Below are positions 1 to 11,473 of a stretch of 64,000 nucleotides of DNA, one piece after another. The translations under genes were made by a program, and so were the position numbers. The stretch spans positions 3,002 through 67,001 of the forward strand of contig JAFLLC010000069.1 of NCBI GenBank assembly GCA_019162745.1. Direction: 5' to 3'. Origin of the DNA: Deltaproteobacteria bacterium. Lineage in GTDB: Bacteria; Desulfobacterota; Desulfuromonadia; Geobacterales; Pseudopelobacteraceae. The notes under the pieces are model-generated. The model saw only the letters and a program-made list of their open reading frames with translations, was not told where the DNA came from and did not search any database. Position 1 is the stretch's first letter; each line of letters opens with the position of its first letter.

Positions 1-472
1 GGGTTATCTCACCAAGCGCTGCATTAAGTTCGGCTGTTCTGAGTGCTACCGTGCGCTCGAGTTCAGCCTTGTAATTCTTTTCTATCTGGGTTAACCGCTT
101 GAAATCAACCCCTTTTTCTACCGTGTGGACAAGTGAAGGCGGACGGTACGGCTTGATGATAAAATCAAACGCACCCTTCTGAATCGCCTTGACCGCGACA
201 TCCAGATCGGCATATGCCGTCATCAGCACGACCGGTGTTTCCCTGTCAAGAAAGCGGATCTTTTCCAGCAGTTCCAGCCCATCCATGATCGGCATATTGA
301 TGTCAGTCAGCACCAGATCAACCGGTTCCAGCACAAACTGCCTGACCGCTTCCTGGCCATTCGAGAAGGCACGCACCGAAAACCCGAATTCACTCAAAAG
401 CGTTGTAACGCTCTCCAGAACAAAACGATCGTCATCGACCACAAAAATTCTGCCACTGCTTTTATTGCTCAT
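1..472 (-). CDS. Response regulator, receiver domain; N-terminal part only (the rest runs off the window edge)
   Basis: Absent from the ORF track because no stop lies in the window. My translation from the ATG at 472 (reverse complement) gives [93 protein letters not shown]. This is the CheY-like DD/D/T/K pattern, followed by a coiled-coil linker. The start overlaps the kinase stop by 11 nt. Confidence 0.8.
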   Translation of the reverse strand, partial: MSNKSSGRIFVVDDDRFVLESVTTLLSEFGFSVRAFSNGQEAVRQFVLEPVDLVLTDINMPIMDGLELLEKIRFLDRETPVVLMTAYADLDVAVKAIQKGAFDFIIKPYRPPSLVHTVEKGVDFKRLTQIEKNYKAELERTVALRTAELNAALGEIT

Positions 473-2936
473 GATCCAGCACCTCACGAATTTTCATCAG
501 CAGCTCTTTTGGAGTAAAGGGTTTGGGCAGATAATTCATCCCCTCTTCCACCCCACCTTGACTGACGACCACTTCCTTTGTATAACCGCTGCAAAACAGA
601 ATCGGCATTCCCGGATCAATCCTCCGGATTTCATCATAGACCTCACGGCCATTCATTTTCGGCATAATGACATCGAGGATTGCCAGACTGACCCGCCCCC
701 CCAGTTCGCGGAACTTATCCAGAGCGTTCTCGCCATCCACCGCTTCAACCACTGAATAACCGAACTCTTCCAGTATCTCCCTGCCGAACATGCGGGTCGT
801 TTCGTTGTCTTCAGCCAGCAGGATACAGCTTTTACCCCGAACATCCGCCACTTTCTCCTGTTCTTTTTCCAGACCGGCGGCAGGGACCGAATCGAGCAGC
901 GGCAGATAAATCTGGAAAATAGTGCCGAGGCCGACGGTACTGTGGCAAACGATATACCCTTTATGTTCCTTGATAATGCCGTAGATGATTGAAAGTCCCA
1001 GACCGGTCCCTTTGCCCAGCGCTTTGGTCGTATAGAACGGTTCAAAGATATGCTTCACTACCTCTGCGTCCATCCCGTCGCCGCTGTCGGTAAAAGTCAG
1101 GAGCGCATATATGCCCGGCTGGCCGAATCCTCTGGCGATAATAAAATCAGAATCGAGAGTGACCGTTTCGGTGGTAATGACTATCGAGCCGCCGTGCGGC
1201 ATGGCATCCCTGGCATTGGTCGAGAGGTTCATCAGCACCTGCTCGATCTGCCCACTGTCGACCAATACCGGCAACCCTTTATGTCCGGGATGCTCAAGAT
1301 TTATCTCAAGATAAATATCCTCGCTGATCAGCCGATGCAGCAGTTGATGGACACGGTTGATTATTTCATTCAGATCCGCAATAACCGGGTACGATGCCTG
1401 CTTGCGACTGAAGGCAAGCAAACCCCGGGTAAGACTTGAGCCACGCTCTGCGGTAGTGACAATATGTTCAGCGTTTTTTTGCAGGGGGCTGTCGCCTGGA
1501 AGTTTAAGCTGCATGATGCTGGCATAGCCTACAATGGCCGTCAGGATATTATTGAAATCATGGGCGATACCGCCGGCCAGCTGCCCAACCGCATCCATCT
1601 TCTGCGCTTGCCGGAGTTGCCCCTCCAACTGTTTACGTTCGGTAATATCCTCTTTAATGGCAATAAAATGAGTAATAGCATAGCTATTATCCCTTATGGG
1701 TGCAATCAGCGCCTGTTCCCAGTACAGCTCACCATCTTTCTTGCGGTTATGAAATTCACCGCGCCATTCACCTCCTGCAAGAATTGTATCCCAGAGTTGT
1801 CTGTATTCTTCTTTCCCAGTCTCTCCTGTTTTAAGAATATTCGGATTTTGACCGACCGCTTCTTCGAAACTGTAGCCGGTCAACCCGGTAAAATGCGGGT
1901 TGACATATTCAATATTGCCATAGGTATCGGTAATCACAATTGAAGCAGGATTCTGCTCTACCGCCACAGAAAGCTTGCGCAAATGTTCTTCAGCCTTTAC
2001 TCTTTCGGCCAGCTCCCTCTTCGATTCATCATTAAGGCGGGCATTCTCAAGAGCCAGAGATGCCAGTTCACCAAACTGGACCAGAAGTTCCAACTGTTCA
2101 TCATTCAGCAGTCCCCCCTCATCAACAAAAGCAACACCAAGAACACCGACGACCTCCTCCCCGGAGTTAAGGGGCACACCTGCCATACACCTCAGCACAT
2201 CACGATCTGAATCTGGCAAGCGGCCGTCCCAGCGGCTGTAATCATCAATATGGTACAGTTCTCCGGTACTCCAGATACGCCCGGCAATCCCCTCTCCAGG
2301 CTTGACCGAATAATGGTTGAGGTGGTTATAAATACCGCTCTGGAACACCATATTCATTTCGGTACCGGCGGCATTTTTAAGATATACATAGCAGTGCTCG
2401 GTGCCGACCAGAGAGCCGGCACGGACAACAATTGTCTGCAGCAGTTCAGCCACGTCCAGCCGACTGATCAATCCCAGGGTTGTTTCGTGGAGCGTCTGCA
2501 GGTATTCGTTCTGGCGTTGGAGTTGTGCATCGGCACGTTCATGCCTGCCCAGATCGATTTCCAGTCGGCTCCGCTGAAGATCGTTTTCCCGGACAAGTTC
2601 GTTAAAAGCCCGTCCCAATGTCGCTACTTCATCCTCCCCCTGCAGCGGGAAAAATCGATCATCGCCCCTTTTATTCTGCAGGCCCTCCACATGGGTGGTA
2701 AGATTTACGATCGGTGTCATAAGGCGACCCAGACAACGGCGCATGAACCAGAAGATCGCCAATGAAAGCAGCGGCAGGGAAATCATAAACATGCTTTTTG
2801 CCCGATTGTCAGTGAAGTAGGAAAGAGAAAACAGCAGGGCAAGCGGTACGATAGTTACGGATAAAGGGAGCAGCAGCGTGACTTTGGTTTTTATGTTACA
2901 TTTAAACATATTCATACCCGCATAATGTTGCTGCAA
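462..2936 (-). CDS. Hybrid sensor histidine kinase (2 TM, HAMP, GAF, PAS, HisKA, HATPase_c, C-terminal receiver)
   Basis: 824-aa ORF. H-box [12 protein letters not shown]-box [11 protein letters not shown]-boxes DSGDGMD and GTGLGLS. PAS-like [32 protein letters not shown]-terminal [27 protein letters not shown]. Hydrophobic N-terminus. The true start may be an internal Met (MNMFK). Confidence 0.9.
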   Translation of the reverse strand: MQQHYAGMNMFKCNIKTKVTLLLPLSVTIVPLALLFSLSYFTDNRAKSMFMISLPLLSLAIFWFMRRCLGRLMTPIVNLTTHVEGLQNKRGDDRFFPLQGEDEVATLGRAFNELVRENDLQRSRLEIDLGRHERADAQLQRQNEYLQTLHETTLGLISRLDVAELLQTIVVRAGSLVGTEHCYVYLKNAAGTEMNMVFQSGIYNHLNHYSVKPGEGIAGRIWSTGELYHIDDYSRWDGRLPDSDRDVLRCMAGVPLNSGEEVVGVLGVAFVDEGGLLNDEQLELLVQFGELASLALENARLNDESKRELAERVKAEEHLRKLSVAVEQNPASIVITDTYGNIEYVNPHFTGLTGYSFEEAVGQNPNILKTGETGKEEYRQLWDTILAGGEWRGEFHNRKKDGELYWEQALIAPIRDNSYAITHFIAIKEDITERKQLEGQLRQAQKMDAVGQLAGGIAHDFNNILTAIVGYASIMQLKLPGDSPLQKNAEHIVTTAERGSSLTRGLLAFSRKQASYPVIADLNEIINRVHQLLHRLISEDIYLEINLEHPGHKGLPVLVDSGQIEQVLMNLSTNARDAMPHGGSIVITTETVTLDSDFIIARGFGQPGIYALLTFTDSGDGMDAEVVKHIFEPFYTTKALGKGTGLGLSIIYGIIKEHKGYIVCHSTVGLGTIFQIYLPLLDSVPAAGLEKEQEKVADVRGKSCILLAEDNETTRMFGREILEEFGYSVVEAVDGENALDKFRELGGRVSLAILDVIMPKMNGREVYDEIRRIDPGMPILFCSGYTKEVVVSQGGVEEGMNYLPKPFTPKELLMKIREVLDHEQ

Positions 2937-3073
2937 TTAAAAATCTGGTCGAGAGGATACCACAGATAATACAGAGTTAGTTATAGTGAATTTGATGATT
3001 TCAGAGCAATTCTACTGAAATATTTGCCTGGCTGATTTCAAATGGGAATACCGCCCCTTTTTACCAACTTTTA

Positions 3074-3103
3074 TTGGACAAGTGCTGGCCCATACCGTAT
3101 TAT
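3074..3103 (+). promoter_or_regulatory. Putative sigma70-type promoter for murA-his operon (TTGGAC-18 nt-TATTAT)
   Basis: Read directly: ttggac at 3074-3079 and tattat at 3098-3103, about 35 nt upstream of the murA TTG start in a 200-nt intergenic region. Confidence 0.4.
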
Positions 3104-3136
3104 ATAAAATTTTACAGCTACAAGAGGAGTATTTAA

Positions 3137-4390
3137 TTGGATAAACTTATCATCAAGGGTGGAAAAAAACTTAAGGGTGACGTAACGATCAGCGGTTCCA
3201 AAAATGCCTCACTCCCAATTTTTGTCGCGACAATCCTGGCCCCTGGAATCAACAAGATCAGTAATGTGCCGTTTCTGCGTGACATCAACACCACCATCAA
3301 AGTGTTGGATTCGCTTGGCGCACAGATCGAAGGGAACGGCAATATTGTAAAAATTGATACAACTAACATAAACAGCCATGAGGCAACCTATGATCTAGTC
3401 AAAACCATGCGGGCCTCGGTACTGGTTTTGGGACCTCTCCTGGCCCGTTTCGGCAAGGCGCGGGTCTCACTGCCCGGCGGCTGCGCCATCGGAGCCCGCC
3501 CGATCAACCTGCACCTGAAAGGCTTGCAGGCGCTTGGCGCTGAAATAACTCTTGAGCATGGTTATGTCGAAGCAAAATGCCGCTGCCTCAAGGGTGCCCG
3601 TATCAATTTCGACATCTCAACTGTCGGCGGCACCGAGCATCTGATGATGGCCGCAGCAACAGCAAAGGGTGAAACCCTGCTGGAGAATGCCGCCAGAGAG
3701 CCGGAAATTGTTGATCTTGCCCTGTACCTGAACCGCATGGGTGCCAAGATTGAAGGCGCGGGTACCGACACAATCAGAATTCAGGGGGTATCCGAACTGT
3801 CGGCAGCAGATTACGAGGTCATGCCGGACCGCATCGAAGCCGGTACTTTCATGATCGCGGCAGCGATGACCGGCGGCGACATCCGTATCCACCGTATGAA
3901 GCTGGAGCATCTCGACGCTCTGGCGTTCAAAATGCAGGATGCAGGGGTTATAATTACCAGCCGTGACGGTGTGGTAATGGTCAAAGGGCCCAAACGGGTT
4001 AAGAGCGTCAACATCAAGACCCGCCCCTATCCCGGTTTTCCGACCGACATGCAGGCCCAGTTTATGGCGATGATGTGCCTTGCGGATGGGACCAGCGTCA
4101 TCTCGGAGAATATCTTTGAAAACCGCTTCATGCATGTATCAGAACTGCAGCGTTTTGGCGCCGACATCACGGTTGAAGGAAGTACAGCAACGGTGATCGG
4201 GGTAAAAAAACTGTCCGGCGCTCCGGTCATGGCCACCGACCTGCGGGCCTCGGCTTCGCTGATCCTGGCCGGCCTGGCTGCGGAAGGCACGACCGAAGTC
4301 ACCCGCATCTACCACCTGGACCGCGGCTATGAGTCGATCGAGAAAAAATTTGCCGCCCTCGGTGCGGATATCCAAAGGGTCAAAGAATGA
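3137..4390 (+). CDS. murA: UDP-N-acetylglucosamine 1-carboxyvinyltransferase
   Basis: 417 aa, TTG start. [28 protein letters not shown].. and [19 protein letters not shown] (active-site Cys loop) are typical MurA. Confidence 0.95.
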   Translation: MDKLIIKGGKKLKGDVTISGSKNASLPIFVATILAPGINKISNVPFLRDINTTIKVLDSLGAQIEGNGNIVKIDTTNINSHEATYDLVKTMRASVLVLGPLLARFGKARVSLPGGCAIGARPINLHLKGLQALGAEITLEHGYVEAKCRCLKGARINFDISTVGGTEHLMMAAATAKGETLLENAAREPEIVDLALYLNRMGAKIEGAGTDTIRIQGVSELSAADYEVMPDRIEAGTFMIAAAMTGGDIRIHRMKLEHLDALAFKMQDAGVIITSRDGVVMVKGPKRVKSVNIKTRPYPGFPTDMQAQFMAMMCLADGTSVISENIFENRFMHVSELQRFGADITVEGSTATVIGVKKLSGAPVMATDLRASASLILAGLAAEGTTEVTRIYHLDRGYESIEKKFAALGADIQRVKE

Positions 4391-5043
4391 ATGACTGGAT
4401 TACCATAGCTATCCCGAAGGGGCGCATTCTTGAAGAGTCGGTCGAGATGTTCGGCAATATCGGCATCGACTGCCGCGAACTCCTTTCTGATTCCCGCAAG
4501 CTCATTTTTGAAAACAGCGAGCAGCGAATGCGCTATATGATTGTCCGGGCAACTGATGTTCCTACCTACGTAGAATACGGCAGTGCCGATCTCGGCATCG
4601 TCGGCAAGGATACGCTGATGGAACAATGCAAGGATGTCTATGAACCGCTCGATCTGAAATTTGGTTACTGCCGCATGATGGTAGCCGAACCGGCCGATCT
4701 GGCAAAGGCCGACGATCCCTCCTGCTGGTCGCATATCCGGGTGGCAACTAAATACCCGCATGTGACAGAGAAATATTTCGCCGCCAAAGGGGTGCAGGTC
4801 GAGATCATCAAGCTCTACGGTTCGATCGAACTGGCGCCGCTGGTCGGACTTTCCGACCGGATTGTCGATCTGGTCTCAACAGGCGAGACGATGCGCCAGA
4901 ATGGGCTGGTCGAAGTTGAAACCATTGCCGAGATCACGACCCGCCTGATAGTCAACCGGGCCAGCCTGAAAACAAAAAACGACCGTATATCGCACATTAT
5001 ACAGGCGTTGGAGCGATTGCTCCAATCGCACCCAGCAAGGTAG
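4387..5043 (+). CDS. hisG: ATP phosphoribosyltransferase, short form (HisG_S)
   Basis: 218 aa, too short to carry the C-terminal regulatory domain. [12 protein letters not shown].. and [14 protein letters not shown] motifs. ATGA overlap with murA. Confidence 0.9.
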   Translation: MNDWITIAIPKGRILEESVEMFGNIGIDCRELLSDSRKLIFENSEQRMRYMIVRATDVPTYVEYGSADLGIVGKDTLMEQCKDVYEPLDLKFGYCRMMVAEPADLAKADDPSCWSHIRVATKYPHVTEKYFAAKGVQVEIIKLYGSIELAPLVGLSDRIVDLVSTGETMRQNGLVEVETIAEITTRLIVNRASLKTKNDRISHIIQALERLLQSHPAR

Positions 5044-5046
5044 ACC

Positions 5047-6345
5047 ATGCTTTTTCTTGATATCAGTGATCCCGGATTTGCGCAAAAATTTGACACCATT
5101 CTTTCCCGCGGTGAAGAGAACGGACGCGAAGTTGAACAGACCGTGCTTGATATCATCGCCGCTGTCCGTCAGCGAGGTGATGCAGCTCTGCTGGAACTGA
5201 CCCGCCGTTTTGACCGGCTGGAAGCGACCTCAATAGCCGAACTGGAGATATCTCCGGCGGAGATCGAGGCTGCCTTTGCTACTGTTTCTGCCGAGGAGAT
5301 CGACTCACTCCGGCTGGCGGTCAAGCGGGTTACCAGTTTCCACGAGAAGCAGAAACAGCAGACCTGGCTGTCGACAGAAGAACCGGACATCATGCTGGGG
5401 CAAAAGGTTACGCCTCTCTCGCGGGTCGGCATCTACGTTCCGGGCGGGAAGGCGAGTTATCCCTCCAGTGTTATCATGAATGCCGTACCGGCCAAAGTCG
5501 CCGGGGTCGGTGAAATCATCATGGTTGCCCCCTCCCCCGGCGGCGAAATCAGCCCCCATGTACTTGTCGCTGCAAGCCTCTCAGGAGTCCACCGCATCTT
5601 CCGGATCGGCGGGGCGCAGGCTGTTGCTGCCCTGGCTTACGGTACGGCAACGATTCCAAAGGTTGACAAGATCACCGGGCCGGGCAACATCTATGTTGCT
5701 ACCGCCAAGAAACTGGTGTTCGGACAGGTCGGCATCGACATGATCGCCGGACCGAGCGAGATTCTGGTGATCAACGATGGCAGCGGCAACCCGGCCCACA
5801 TCGCCGCCGACCTCCTCTCGCAGGCGGAACATGATGAACTCGCTTCATCGATCCTGATCACGACAGACCGGAGCTTTGGCGAACAGGTGGCAGCAGAAGT
5901 GGAACAACAGCTGGCGGAGCTTTCACGCGAGACCATCGCCCGCGCTTCCTGGGAAAAGTACGGGGCAATCATTGTGGCTGATACTCTGGATGAGGTTATC
6001 GCGTTCTCCAACCGCATCGCCCCGGAGCATCTCGAACTCGCAGTGGCCGATCCGTTTGCAATTTTGTCGCAGATCACCAACGCCGGCGCGATCTTCATGG
6101 GGCACTGGACCCCCGAAGCGGCCGGAGATTATCTGGCCGGACCGAACCACACCCTCCCGACCGGCGGCACGTCCCGTTTTTTCTCCCCGCTCTCGGTTGA
6201 TGACTTTGTCAAGAAATCTTCAATCGTCTATTTTTCAAAGGGAGGCCTGCAGCGGCTCGGCGCGGACATCGTCAGAATCGCCGGATTGGAAGGGCTGGAA
6301 GCGCATGGCCGGTCGGTAACTATCCGGCAGGAGAAGCAAAAGTGA
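5047..6345 (+). CDS. hisD: Histidinol dehydrogenase
   Basis: 432 aa. [41 protein letters not shown] and IAPEHLEL motifs. Confidence 0.95.
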   Translation: MLFLDISDPGFAQKFDTILSRGEENGREVEQTVLDIIAAVRQRGDAALLELTRRFDRLEATSIAELEISPAEIEAAFATVSAEEIDSLRLAVKRVTSFHEKQKQQTWLSTEEPDIMLGQKVTPLSRVGIYVPGGKASYPSSVIMNAVPAKVAGVGEIIMVAPSPGGEISPHVLVAASLSGVHRIFRIGGAQAVAALAYGTATIPKVDKITGPGNIYVATAKKLVFGQVGIDMIAGPSEILVINDGSGNPAHIAADLLSQAEHDELASSILITTDRSFGEQVAAEVEQQLAELSRETIARASWEKYGAIIVADTLDEVIAFSNRIAPEHLELAVADPFAILSQITNAGAIFMGHWTPEAAGDYLAGPNHTLPTGGTSRFFSPLSVDDFVKKSSIVYFSKGGLQRLGADIVRIAGLEGLEAHGRSVTIRQEKQK

Positions 6346-7394
6346 ATTATCTTCGTCCCGGCATATCGGCCATGAAAGGCTACGTCCCCGGTTTTCAGCC
6401 GCCTGACGTCGCATCCTGGATCAAACTTAACACCAACGAAAACCCATATCCTCCGTCCCCAAAAGTAGCAGAGGCGATTCTGGCGGAGATCGGGAGTGAC
6501 GGCGCGGCGCTGCGGACCTACCCGAGCGCCTCCAGCCAGAAATTACGCGAAGTGGCAGGGACTTTGTACGGCTTTGATCCATCGTGGATCATCATGGCCA
6601 ACGGCTCTGACGAAGTTCTCAACAATCTGATCAGGGCCTGCGCCGGAGAGGGGGAGGATATCGGCTATGTGCATCCATCCTACTCCTACTACTCGACGCT
6701 GGCGGAGATTCAGGGTGCGATAGTCTGCACATACGGCTTGAGCGATTCGTTCACTATTGAAGCTTTCCCCGACCATTACGGCGGTAAGCTGTTCTTCCTG
6801 ACGGCTCCCAACTCGCCGCTCGGCTTCGCTTTTCCGCTGGAATATATCGAGGAGATTGCACAGAATTGCGGCGGACTGCTGGTGATTGACGAAGCGTATG
6901 CCGACTTTGCCGACTGGAACGCTCTCGAACTGGTGAAAAAATACGACAATGTGGTTGTAACCCGCACTCTATCAAAAAGTTACGCTCTGGCCGGTATGCG
7001 CCTCGGACTGGCAATCGCCCGTCCCGAGATCATCGCCGCACTGGACAAGATCCGTGATCACTACAACCTTGACCGTCTGGCGCAGGCGGCATGTGTTGCC
7101 GCCCTGGAGGACCAACACTACTTCCGTGAATCCTGCCGCAGGATCATTGAAACCCGTGAATGGTTTTCCCGCGAACTGACGGCAATAGGATACGATGTGA
7201 TACCATCACAGACAAATTTCATCTTTGCATCACCACCGGACAGGAACGGCCAGCGGGTCTATGACAGTTTATATGGGCGCAAAATCCTCGTGCGCCTCCT
7301 CTCCGATCCGCTGCTGGTTCACGGTCTCAGAATTTCGATCGGGACGAGGGGAGAAATGGAAACAACACTGGCCGCTATGACAGAGATCGGATAA
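6342..7394 (+). CDS. hisC: Histidinol-phosphate aminotransferase
   Basis: 350 aa. [12 protein letters not shown] start region and [14 protein letters not shown] (PLP-lysine motif). 4-nt overlap with hisD. Confidence 0.9.
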   Translation: MNYLRPGISAMKGYVPGFQPPDVASWIKLNTNENPYPPSPKVAEAILAEIGSDGAALRTYPSASSQKLREVAGTLYGFDPSWIIMANGSDEVLNNLIRACAGEGEDIGYVHPSYSYYSTLAEIQGAIVCTYGLSDSFTIEAFPDHYGGKLFFLTAPNSPLGFAFPLEYIEEIAQNCGGLLVIDEAYADFADWNALELVKKYDNVVVTRTLSKSYALAGMRLGLAIARPEIIAALDKIRDHYNLDRLAQAACVAALEDQHYFRESCRRIIETREWFSRELTAIGYDVIPSQTNFIFASPPDRNGQRVYDSLYGRKILVRLLSDPLLVHGLRISIGTRGEMETTLAAMTEIG

Positions 7395-7999
7395 TGAAAA
7401 TGGGGGGAAGTATGTTACGCACCGCAACTATTGAACGGGTCACGAAAGAAACCAGAATAAAGCTGTCACTGAAAATTGATGGATCCGGCAATGCCAACAT
7501 CTGCACTTCGGTGCCATTTCTCGACCATATGCTCAATCTTTTTTCCCGCCACGGCCTTTTTGATCTGGACATTGAAGCGTGCGGCGACATCGACATCGAT
7601 TTTCACCATACGGTTGAAGATATCGGCATTGTATTAGGTGAGGCATTCAAGCAGGCGCTGGGAGAGAAAAAGGGGATTCGGCGTTATGGGCAGGCTACCG
7701 TACCGATGGATGAAACATTGGCCAGTGTGGCGGTTGACATCTCCGGGAGACCGTACCTTGTGTATCACGTCAACTTGCCGAAAGTGAAGATTGGCGAGTT
7801 CGACGTCGAACTGGCGCGGGAGTTTTTTCAGGCATTTACCAACAACTGCGCCCTTAACCTGCATATTAATGTCATGTATGGCGACAATGTTCACCATATA
7901 ATTGAAGCCTGCTTCAAGGCTTTTGCCCGGGCGCTCGACAGCGCCAGTCAGCTTGACCCACGCGTGGAGGGGGTTATGTCAACTAAAGGGGTATTGTGA
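7394..7999 (+). CDS. hisB: Imidazoleglycerol-phosphate dehydratase
   Basis: [16 protein letters not shown] and [19 protein letters not shown] motifs. The true start may be the Met at 7412 (MLRTATIER..). Confidence 0.93.
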   Translation: MKMGGSMLRTATIERVTKETRIKLSLKIDGSGNANICTSVPFLDHMLNLFSRHGLFDLDIEACGDIDIDFHHTVEDIGIVLGEAFKQALGEKKGIRRYGQATVPMDETLASVAVDISGRPYLVYHVNLPKVKIGEFDVELAREFFQAFTNNCALNLHINVMYGDNVHHIIEACFKAFARALDSASQLDPRVEGVMSTKGVL

Positions 8000-8007
8000 T
8001 TCAACCA

Positions 8008-8181
8008 GAAAAAGCATTATAAACACGGAGAAACGGAGAACACAGAGTAAAACCGAAGCGTTACAAATAATATATAAAGCTTTATAGCTCACCAAAAAGG
8101 TTTTTTGGTTTTAGATCTTAAGCCTCTGATTTCTCAGTGTTCTCCGTGTCTACGTGTTATTGAACTGCCGGTTTAGGTTAA
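8008..8181 (+). repeat. Palindromic intergenic repeat, copy 1 (~175 nt, ~26-bp imperfect inverted arms)
   Basis: Left arm AACACGGAGAAACGGAGAACACAGAG pairs with right arm CTCAGTGTTCTCCGTGTCTACGTGTT. There is an inner hairpin ACCAAAAAGGTTTTTTGGT. The element is near-identical to 27646-27900 and to the reverse complement of 40787-40960. It fills the convergent gap between the hisB stop and the ybgF-like stop. Confidence 0.9.
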
Positions 8182-8185
8182 ACGG

Positions 8186-9022
8186 CTACTTGATTCCCTT
8201 CAGCAGAACCTTCGCCTTTCTGGCTTCCTCACTTTTCGGGAACCCCTCCACCAGTTTTTTCAGTATAAATTTGGCGCTCTTGGCATCCTTGATCGCTTCG
8301 AATGACATAGCCTGCTTCAACATGGCGGCAGCAACCTTCTCCTTGCCGGGATAGTTCTTAATAACCTCCTGATAGGACAAGATCGCCGCTTCATAGTTCT
8401 TTTCACTGTAGTAGGTTTCGCCGATCCAGTAGTGGGCATTGGCAACCAGATCATGTGTGGGATTAAGGTCAAGAAATTTGGTGAAGTGCTCACGCGCCGA
8501 AACCAGATCACCCGCTTTTAGCAAATCAAGTCCCTTCAAATAAAGCGAATCGGGGTTAGCGCTAGTTTCATCCTTTTCCGCCTTGGCCTTTGCAGCCATT
8601 TGTACCATTAGAGAATCAAGCAATACTTGCTGTTTCAGGATGTGCTGCTCCAGGGCCAAAATACGTTTGTCAGCATCTTCGCTATATCTCGCAAGATCTT
8701 CCGCAGGTTTTTTTACGGCGATAATCGTATCGTCAAGCTTGCCGTTCAGTGCCCGCATGTCATTCTTGGTGCTGTCAATTGTGGCCTGAATATCGGCCGA
8801 CATTTTTCGAACAGAGGCGACATCACTCTTAAAACCCTTTTCAATAGCGCCGACAGTTACCTTGGATTCTTCCCGGATGCTGTTAAAATCCCTGTCGATG
8901 GAATAAAGACGGGTTTTAATTGAGTCGATATCACTACGGACATTGTCAAGTGCACTCTGCGAGGCGCACCCGGCCAGAGTTGAAACCAGAAGCATTACCA
9001 CCAAATTAATATATTTATTCAT
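8186..9022 (-). CDS. YbgF/CpoB-type TPR lipoprotein with N-terminal coiled coil
   Basis: Start chosen at MNKYINLVVMLLVSTLAGC (lipobox LAGC), with a GGAG RBS (agagaggagac) upstream. The C-terminus is YbgF-like TPR: AHYWIGETYYSEKNYEAAILSYQEVIKNYPGKEKVAAAMLKQA. The longer track ORF (to 9178) has no signal-peptide logic. Confidence 0.75.
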   Translation of the reverse strand: MNKYINLVVMLLVSTLAGCASQSALDNVRSDIDSIKTRLYSIDRDFNSIREESKVTVGAIEKGFKSDVASVRKMSADIQATIDSTKNDMRALNGKLDDTIIAVKKPAEDLARYSEDADKRILALEQHILKQQVLLDSLMVQMAAKAKAEKDETSANPDSLYLKGLDLLKAGDLVSAREHFTKFLDLNPTHDLVANAHYWIGETYYSEKNYEAAILSYQEVIKNYPGKEKVAAAMLKQAMSFEAIKDAKSAKFILKKLVEGFPKSEEARKAKVLLKGIK

Positions 9023-9155
9023 ACAAAAAGTCTCCTCTCTCCATATAGTCACGACGCAGTTATACCACGGGTACATTCTATTGACAAGCATCAGCAGCCA
9101 GAGCTTTAAACAGCAGGTAGATAGAGCCTGCTGATGAAAAGCAGAGGTTTTATAC

Positions 9156-9184
9156 TTGACAAAAATGTGACATTCCATTAACTA
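9156..9184 (+). promoter_or_regulatory. Putative sigma70 promoter for hppA (TTGACA-17 nt-TAACTA)
   Basis: ttgaca at 9156-9161, a 17-nt spacer and taacta at 9179-9184, about 70 nt upstream of the hppA ATG. Confidence 0.4.
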
Positions 9185-9255
9185 TCTACCGTTTTTGGGC
9201 CATACAGCAAGAATGCCATCTATTGGCTATTCATATTTACAGGGGGATTTGAAAA

Positions 9256-11325
9256 ATGGAACAGTATGCAATTGTTTTTGCCTTGGCCTGTGCCGCAGCG
9301 GCCGTTATCTATGGCCTGGTCACGGCAAGCTGGATTTTAGGTCTGCCCCAAGGCAATGACCGGATGAAGCAGATTGCCGCAGCAATTCAGGAAGGGGCCG
9401 GCGCTTACATGAAACGCCAGTACACGATCATCGCTGTCGTTGGTGTGGTCATGTTTATCGCCCTGTTCGCAACCTTAGGGTGGAAGACTGCAATCGGCTT
9501 TGCTGTCGGCGCGCTTTTTTCAGGGCTGACCGGCTTTATCGGCATGTTCGTTTCAGTACGGGCCAATGTGCGCACGACAGAGGCCGCTAAATCCGGCATC
9601 ACCAAGGCCCTCAACGTTGCCTTCAAGGGTGGAGCAATCACCGGCATGCTGGTCGTTGGTCTCGGCCTTTTAGGTGTAGCCGGTTACTACATGATCCTGT
9701 TGAAACTGATGCCGGACGCACCGATCAAGGATGTTGTCACCCAACTGGTCGGACTCGGCTTCGGCGGTTCTCTGATCTCCATCTTTGCCCGTCTCGGCGG
9801 CGGTATCTTCACCAAGGGGGCAGACGTCGGCGCCGACCTGGTCGGTAAAGTTGAAGCCGGCATACCCGAGGATGATCCACGCAATCCGGCTGTTATCGCC
9901 GACAACGTTGGCGACAACGTTGGCGACTGCGCCGGTATGGCCGCCGACCTGTTCGAAACCTATGCCGTGACCCTGATCGCCGCCATGCTGCTCGGCGCCA
10001 TCACCTTTACCGGCAGCAACAGTGCCGTCAGCTACCCGCTGATTCTGGGCGGCATCTCGATTATCACCTCCATTATCGGCACCTATTTTGTCAAACTTGG
10101 CGCCAGCCAGAAGATCATGCCGGCTCTTTACAAGGGGCTGATCGCCTCGGCCGTACTCGCCTGCATCGCCTTCTACTTCGTCACAACACAGATGTTCCCG
10201 GCCGGTCTCACCAACTCTGCCGGCGTGACCTTCAGCGCCATAAACATCTTCATCTCGGCCATCGTCGGCCTGGTCATCACCGGCGCTATCTTCTGGATTA
10301 CCGAGTACTATACAGCAACTGAGTACGGCCCGGTACAGCACATCGCCCAGGCATCCACCACCGGCCACGGCACCAACGTCATCGCCGGTCTCGGCGTTTC
10401 CATGAAATCAACCGCCGCTCCGGTTATTGTCATAGCTGCCGGTATCATCATCGCCTTCCAGTGCGCCGGAGTCTACGGTATCGCCATTGCCGCCGTATCG
10501 ATGCTCTCACTGACAGGTATCGTTGTTGCCATGGACGCCTACGGCCCCATCACCGACAATGCCGGCGGCATTGCCGAGATGGCTGACCTGGACGACTCGG
10601 TCCGCGCCGTAACAGATCCGCTGGACGCCGTCGGCAACACGACCAAGGCCGTCACCAAGGGTTATGCGATCGGTTCCGCCGGCCTTGCAGCCGTTATCCT
10701 CTTCACCTCATATGTTGATGAGTTGAATCATGCGCTGCAGCTTGCGGGCAAAGAGCTCATCAAATTCGACCTCTCTGACCCATATATCATCGTCGGTCTC
10801 TTCATCGGCGGCATGCTCCCCTACTATTTTGCCGCACAATGCATGGAAGCTGTCGGTAAAGCCGGCGGCGCTGTTGTTGTCGAAGTACGTCGTCAGTTCC
10901 GCGAGATCAAAGGCATTATGGAAGGCACCGGCAAACCGGATTATGCCGCCTGTGTTGATATCGTCACCAAAACTGCTCTTAAAGAAATGATTATCCCCGG
11001 ACTGATCCCGATTCTTGCTCCGGTTATCGTCGGCTTCACCCTTGGTCCCAAGGCTCTGGGCGGCGTGATCGTCGGTACGATCGTCACCGGTATCTTCGTT
11101 GCCATCTCCATGACAACCGGCGGCGGCGCCTGGGATAACGCAAAAAAGTACATCGAAGACGGCCACCACGGCGGCAAAGGCGGCGAAGCACACAAGGCTG
11201 CCGTTACCGGTGATACTGTCGGCGATCCTTACAAGGACACCGCCGGACCGGCAATCAACCCGATGATCAAGATCATCAACATCGTTTCACTGCTGATCGT
11301 GCCGCTTCTGGCTAAAATGATGTAG
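9256..11325 (+). CDS. hppA: Membrane-bound proton-translocating pyrophosphatase, K+-independent type
   Basis: 689 aa, polytopic. [39 protein letters not shown] and [14 protein letters not shown] motifs. GNTTKAV carries Lys rather than Ala at the position known to determine K+ independence. Confidence 0.95.
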   Translation: MEQYAIVFALACAAAAVIYGLVTASWILGLPQGNDRMKQIAAAIQEGAGAYMKRQYTIIAVVGVVMFIALFATLGWKTAIGFAVGALFSGLTGFIGMFVSVRANVRTTEAAKSGITKALNVAFKGGAITGMLVVGLGLLGVAGYYMILLKLMPDAPIKDVVTQLVGLGFGGSLISIFARLGGGIFTKGADVGADLVGKVEAGIPEDDPRNPAVIADNVGDNVGDCAGMAADLFETYAVTLIAAMLLGAITFTGSNSAVSYPLILGGISIITSIIGTYFVKLGASQKIMPALYKGLIASAVLACIAFYFVTTQMFPAGLTNSAGVTFSAINIFISAIVGLVITGAIFWITEYYTATEYGPVQHIAQASTTGHGTNVIAGLGVSMKSTAAPVIVIAAGIIIAFQCAGVYGIAIAAVSMLSLTGIVVAMDAYGPITDNAGGIAEMADLDDSVRAVTDPLDAVGNTTKAVTKGYAIGSAGLAAVILFTSYVDELNHALQLAGKELIKFDLSDPYIIVGLFIGGMLPYYFAAQCMEAVGKAGGAVVVEVRRQFREIKGIMEGTGKPDYAACVDIVTKTALKEMIIPGLIPILAPVIVGFTLGPKALGGVIVGTIVTGIFVAISMTTGGGAWDNAKKYIEDGHHGGKGGEAHKAAVTGDTVGDPYKDTAGPAINPMIKIINIVSLLIVPLLAKMM

Positions 11326-11349
11326 TTTCGTATACATTTTCGTTTCAGC

Positions 11350-11389
11350 AAGGCGGCATTGGGAAAAACCCCGTGCCGCCTTTTTCTTT
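11350..11389 (+). terminator. Rho-independent terminator after hppA
   Basis: AAGGCGGCA ttgggaaaaaccccg TGCCGCCTT followed by TTTCTTTG. The inner GGG/CCC pairing extends the stem. Confidence 0.7.
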
Positions 11390-11415
11390 GCTTTCAGCGT
11401 CAAAAGGGTTATAAT
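11388..11415 (+). promoter_or_regulatory. Putative promoter for rne (TTGCTT-16 nt-TATAAT)
   Basis: Perfect -10 tataat at 11410-11415, weak -35 at 11388-11393, about 60 nt before the rne ATG. Confidence 0.4.
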
Positions 11416-11473
11416 CCGCCAGTTTTGTATCTAAAGTGGCAACAGCCACCTGAACCTGAAAGGCTATCACTAA

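Noticed and set aside
8154-8354. Two small plus-strand ORFs (8154-8354 and 27874-28215) with similar N-termini: MLLNCRFRLN and MLLSCRFRFN
   Set aside because: The similarity exists only because both start inside the conserved tail of the intergenic repeat (GTGTTATTGARCTGCCGGTTTAGG). Downstream they diverge and overlap real genes (the ybgF-like gene antisense, waaA out of frame).
9670-10368. 232-aa minus-strand ORF inside hppA (other antisense ORFs lie at 10708-11193, 15015-15698 and 13348-13758)
   Set aside because: All are antisense to strongly supported genes (hppA, lysS, the rne tail) and have biased, motif-free translations.
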